NCBI GenBank assembly: GCA_043228905.1
Contig: JBHGNT010000016.1
Span: forward strand, 15,872,001 to 15,936,000
DNA from: Azolla caroliniana
Lineage: Eukaryota; Plantae; Polypodiophyta
Direction: 5' to 3'
Length of the DNA stretch: 64,000 nucleotides
Made by a program: the position numbers and the translations under genes. The notes under the pieces were generated by a model. That model had not been told where the DNA came from. It worked only from the letters and a program-made list of their open reading frames with translations, and did not search any database. Shown here one piece after another: positions 62,150 to 64,000 of the stretch (its first letter is position 1; each line of letters starts with the position of its first letter).

Positions 62150-62590
62150 TTTCCATGCTACCCAATGGGATGCTGTAATGCAAGCTAAAGTTGATGTTTT
62201 AAATCAAAATAAGATATGGACCTTAGTTCCATGGCCAAAGATAGAAAAGTCTTTTCAAGGAAAGGGGTTGTACCAAGAAAACTGATGCCACCTACATTGA
62301 GGATAATGCCTCTATATGTAATCTTCTCTAATTCCTATAGCCTTAACCTTGAACACCATCAACTTGACATTGAAACCACTTTTCTGCATGGAGAACTCAA
62401 GGAGATTTATGATGGAGCAACCAACTCATTTTTTAGATCTAGGATTCCTAGTCTATGCTTGCAAATTTCACAAATCATTATATGGTCTAAAATAGTCTCC
62501 GCGTATGTGGCATTTCAAATTACACACTTATGTTGTTTGCATCTGCTTCAATCATCTTCAAGCAAAGCCAAATATCTACATTCTAAAATA
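62150..62590 (+). mobile_element. Highly degraded copia RT fragment
   Basis: NQNKIWTLV and HQLDIETTFLHGEL remnants. Confidence 0.6.
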
Positions 62591-62719
62591 AATGTTTTAC
62601 ATTTAGCGAAGTATTTTAATTTTAGAAAAATCAATGTGCTCCGTTGTATCCCTTCACCAGAAGAGGTCTGCACATTCTCTAACCTCTAATAAACCATAAC
62701 AAACAAAATGAAACATAGA

Positions 62720-63362
62720 AACGATCAATCTTAGAATCAATACAACACATAATTGACTGTCTCTCTCTTTCTCTCTCTCGTTTATTTCTCACATATTGGA
62801 ACAAACTTTTTACAGTTATTATTACACATGAGAAATCCATGGTTATCATATATCGTCCAGGAATCCATAAATGTTGTTAAATAATGTTGAATAGTCCATG
62901 ATGATCACATGTTTTACTTAGTTTTTCCATATGTATGATCACTGAGATGAAGTGAGTCCATGTATTCCTCGGAGGTGGACTTGTCCCCGCGAGTATAAGC
63001 ATTCTCGAATATGATTGGTGTCGACTGTTCTGCTCGGCTACTGCAGTTCTCTGGCGAGATTTGATTGTATTTTGAAATTACTTCCGACCTGTGTCAGTAT
63101 GAATAAACATGTCCAAATCTGTCTGTCAATGAGATTTCCTAACTACTATACATATATGAGGAATCTGGAGGGAATTATTTACAAATGATTAATACTAACC
63201 CGTTGATTGCTGATGGAACAATATCCAATTGGAGACTGCTGTGGTTGCCCGGAGACCAGCACAATACTGCTGCTGCTGTATGATCATAGGAGCGATTCAT
63301 TTCCTGTGTATGATTGACAGGCCAAACGAAATAAGGATATCCATATCCGCTGTAATCTGTAG
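62720..63362 (-). pseudogene. Second paralog remnant of the lectin receptor kinase (ectodomain fragment fused to 3' flank, kinase deleted)
   Basis: 63005-63362 aligns to ~51450-51810; 62720-62980 aligns to ~49270-49512. Confidence 0.8.
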
Positions 63363-63679
63363 TGTTAATTATCCGGTCACTATTTTGTTTTGTTTTCTTT
63401 TAATAACATTTATTATTATTATTATTAGATAGTAATATGAAACAAAACAAAAGTTTTGTTTCTTTAGTAATTATTACCCTTACTTTATTCTTTAAAAGGG
63501 TAAATGTAAGTTACGTTTTTTAGCGAGTAAAGAAAGAAAATAATAATAGTAATAATAATAATAAAGAGTAAAACAAAACAAAACGACCGTTTTTGTTTTG
63601 AGAGAGACAAAGAGAAGGTGGAAAGGAGATATATATATATGGGAAGAGATGAGAACAAGGTATGAGAGCGTGAAGGAGA

Positions 63680-63772
63680 GTGAAGCATTGTGAAGCATAG
63701 AGAAGCTTAGTGAAGCTTGGTGAATCTTGGTGAAGCTCGGTGGAGCTTGGTGGAGCTTGGTGAAGCTTGGTG
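63680..63772. repeat. 10-bp tandem repeat (GTGAAGCTTG)n, ~9 copies
   Basis: Direct reading. Confidence 0.85.
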
Positions 63773-64000
63773 CTCGACTCATCTACTCTTAATCTTCTTT
63801 CCATCTCCGCTACTCAACGTGAGATCTACACGGCTACTACTTCGACTTGTGGACATTCTTATCCGGGTTTTCTTCTCTCTTCTTTTCTACTATATGCTTG
63901 AGAGATAGTCTTATCCCTTTGGATTATTGTACCATTTTTGTCGGTAGTATTATGCTACATATCTCTACATATTTCTAGTATATCTAGAAGTAGAACTTGT

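Overview
Eukaryotic nuclear DNA from a land plant, probably a non-seed plant such as a fern or lycophyte (inferred from the self-primed Tcn1/Tf1-type chromoviruses). Most of the window is nested LTR retrotransposons: Ty1/copia elements, Ty3/gypsy chromoviruses, two non-autonomous LTR elements, and at least five solo LTRs with intact TSDs. Two host genes lie on the minus strand: an 8-exon SKU5-similar (SKS) multicopper-oxidase-like gene (25128-30204) and a G-type lectin S-domain receptor kinase (49563-52755) with remnants of two paralogs nearby. The most notable signals are in non-coding cis-elements. (i) Four different gypsy-type LTR families carry an antisense tRNA-like Pol III A/B-box module near the outer U3 end. 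(ii) Three of them have tRNA-independent self-priming sites, and one locus preserves an inversion junction exactly at the self-primer. (iii) Chromovirus U3 regions contain heat-shock-element arrays. (iv) Four copia elements with differing sequences bracket the PPT with an inverted repeat. (v) A young Gag-only element has a tRNA-Trp PBS and a 4-bp TSD. (vi) The SKS gene carries a tandem array of decoy splice-acceptor/partial-exon copies. All coordinates and comparisons were read by eye; no searches were run.
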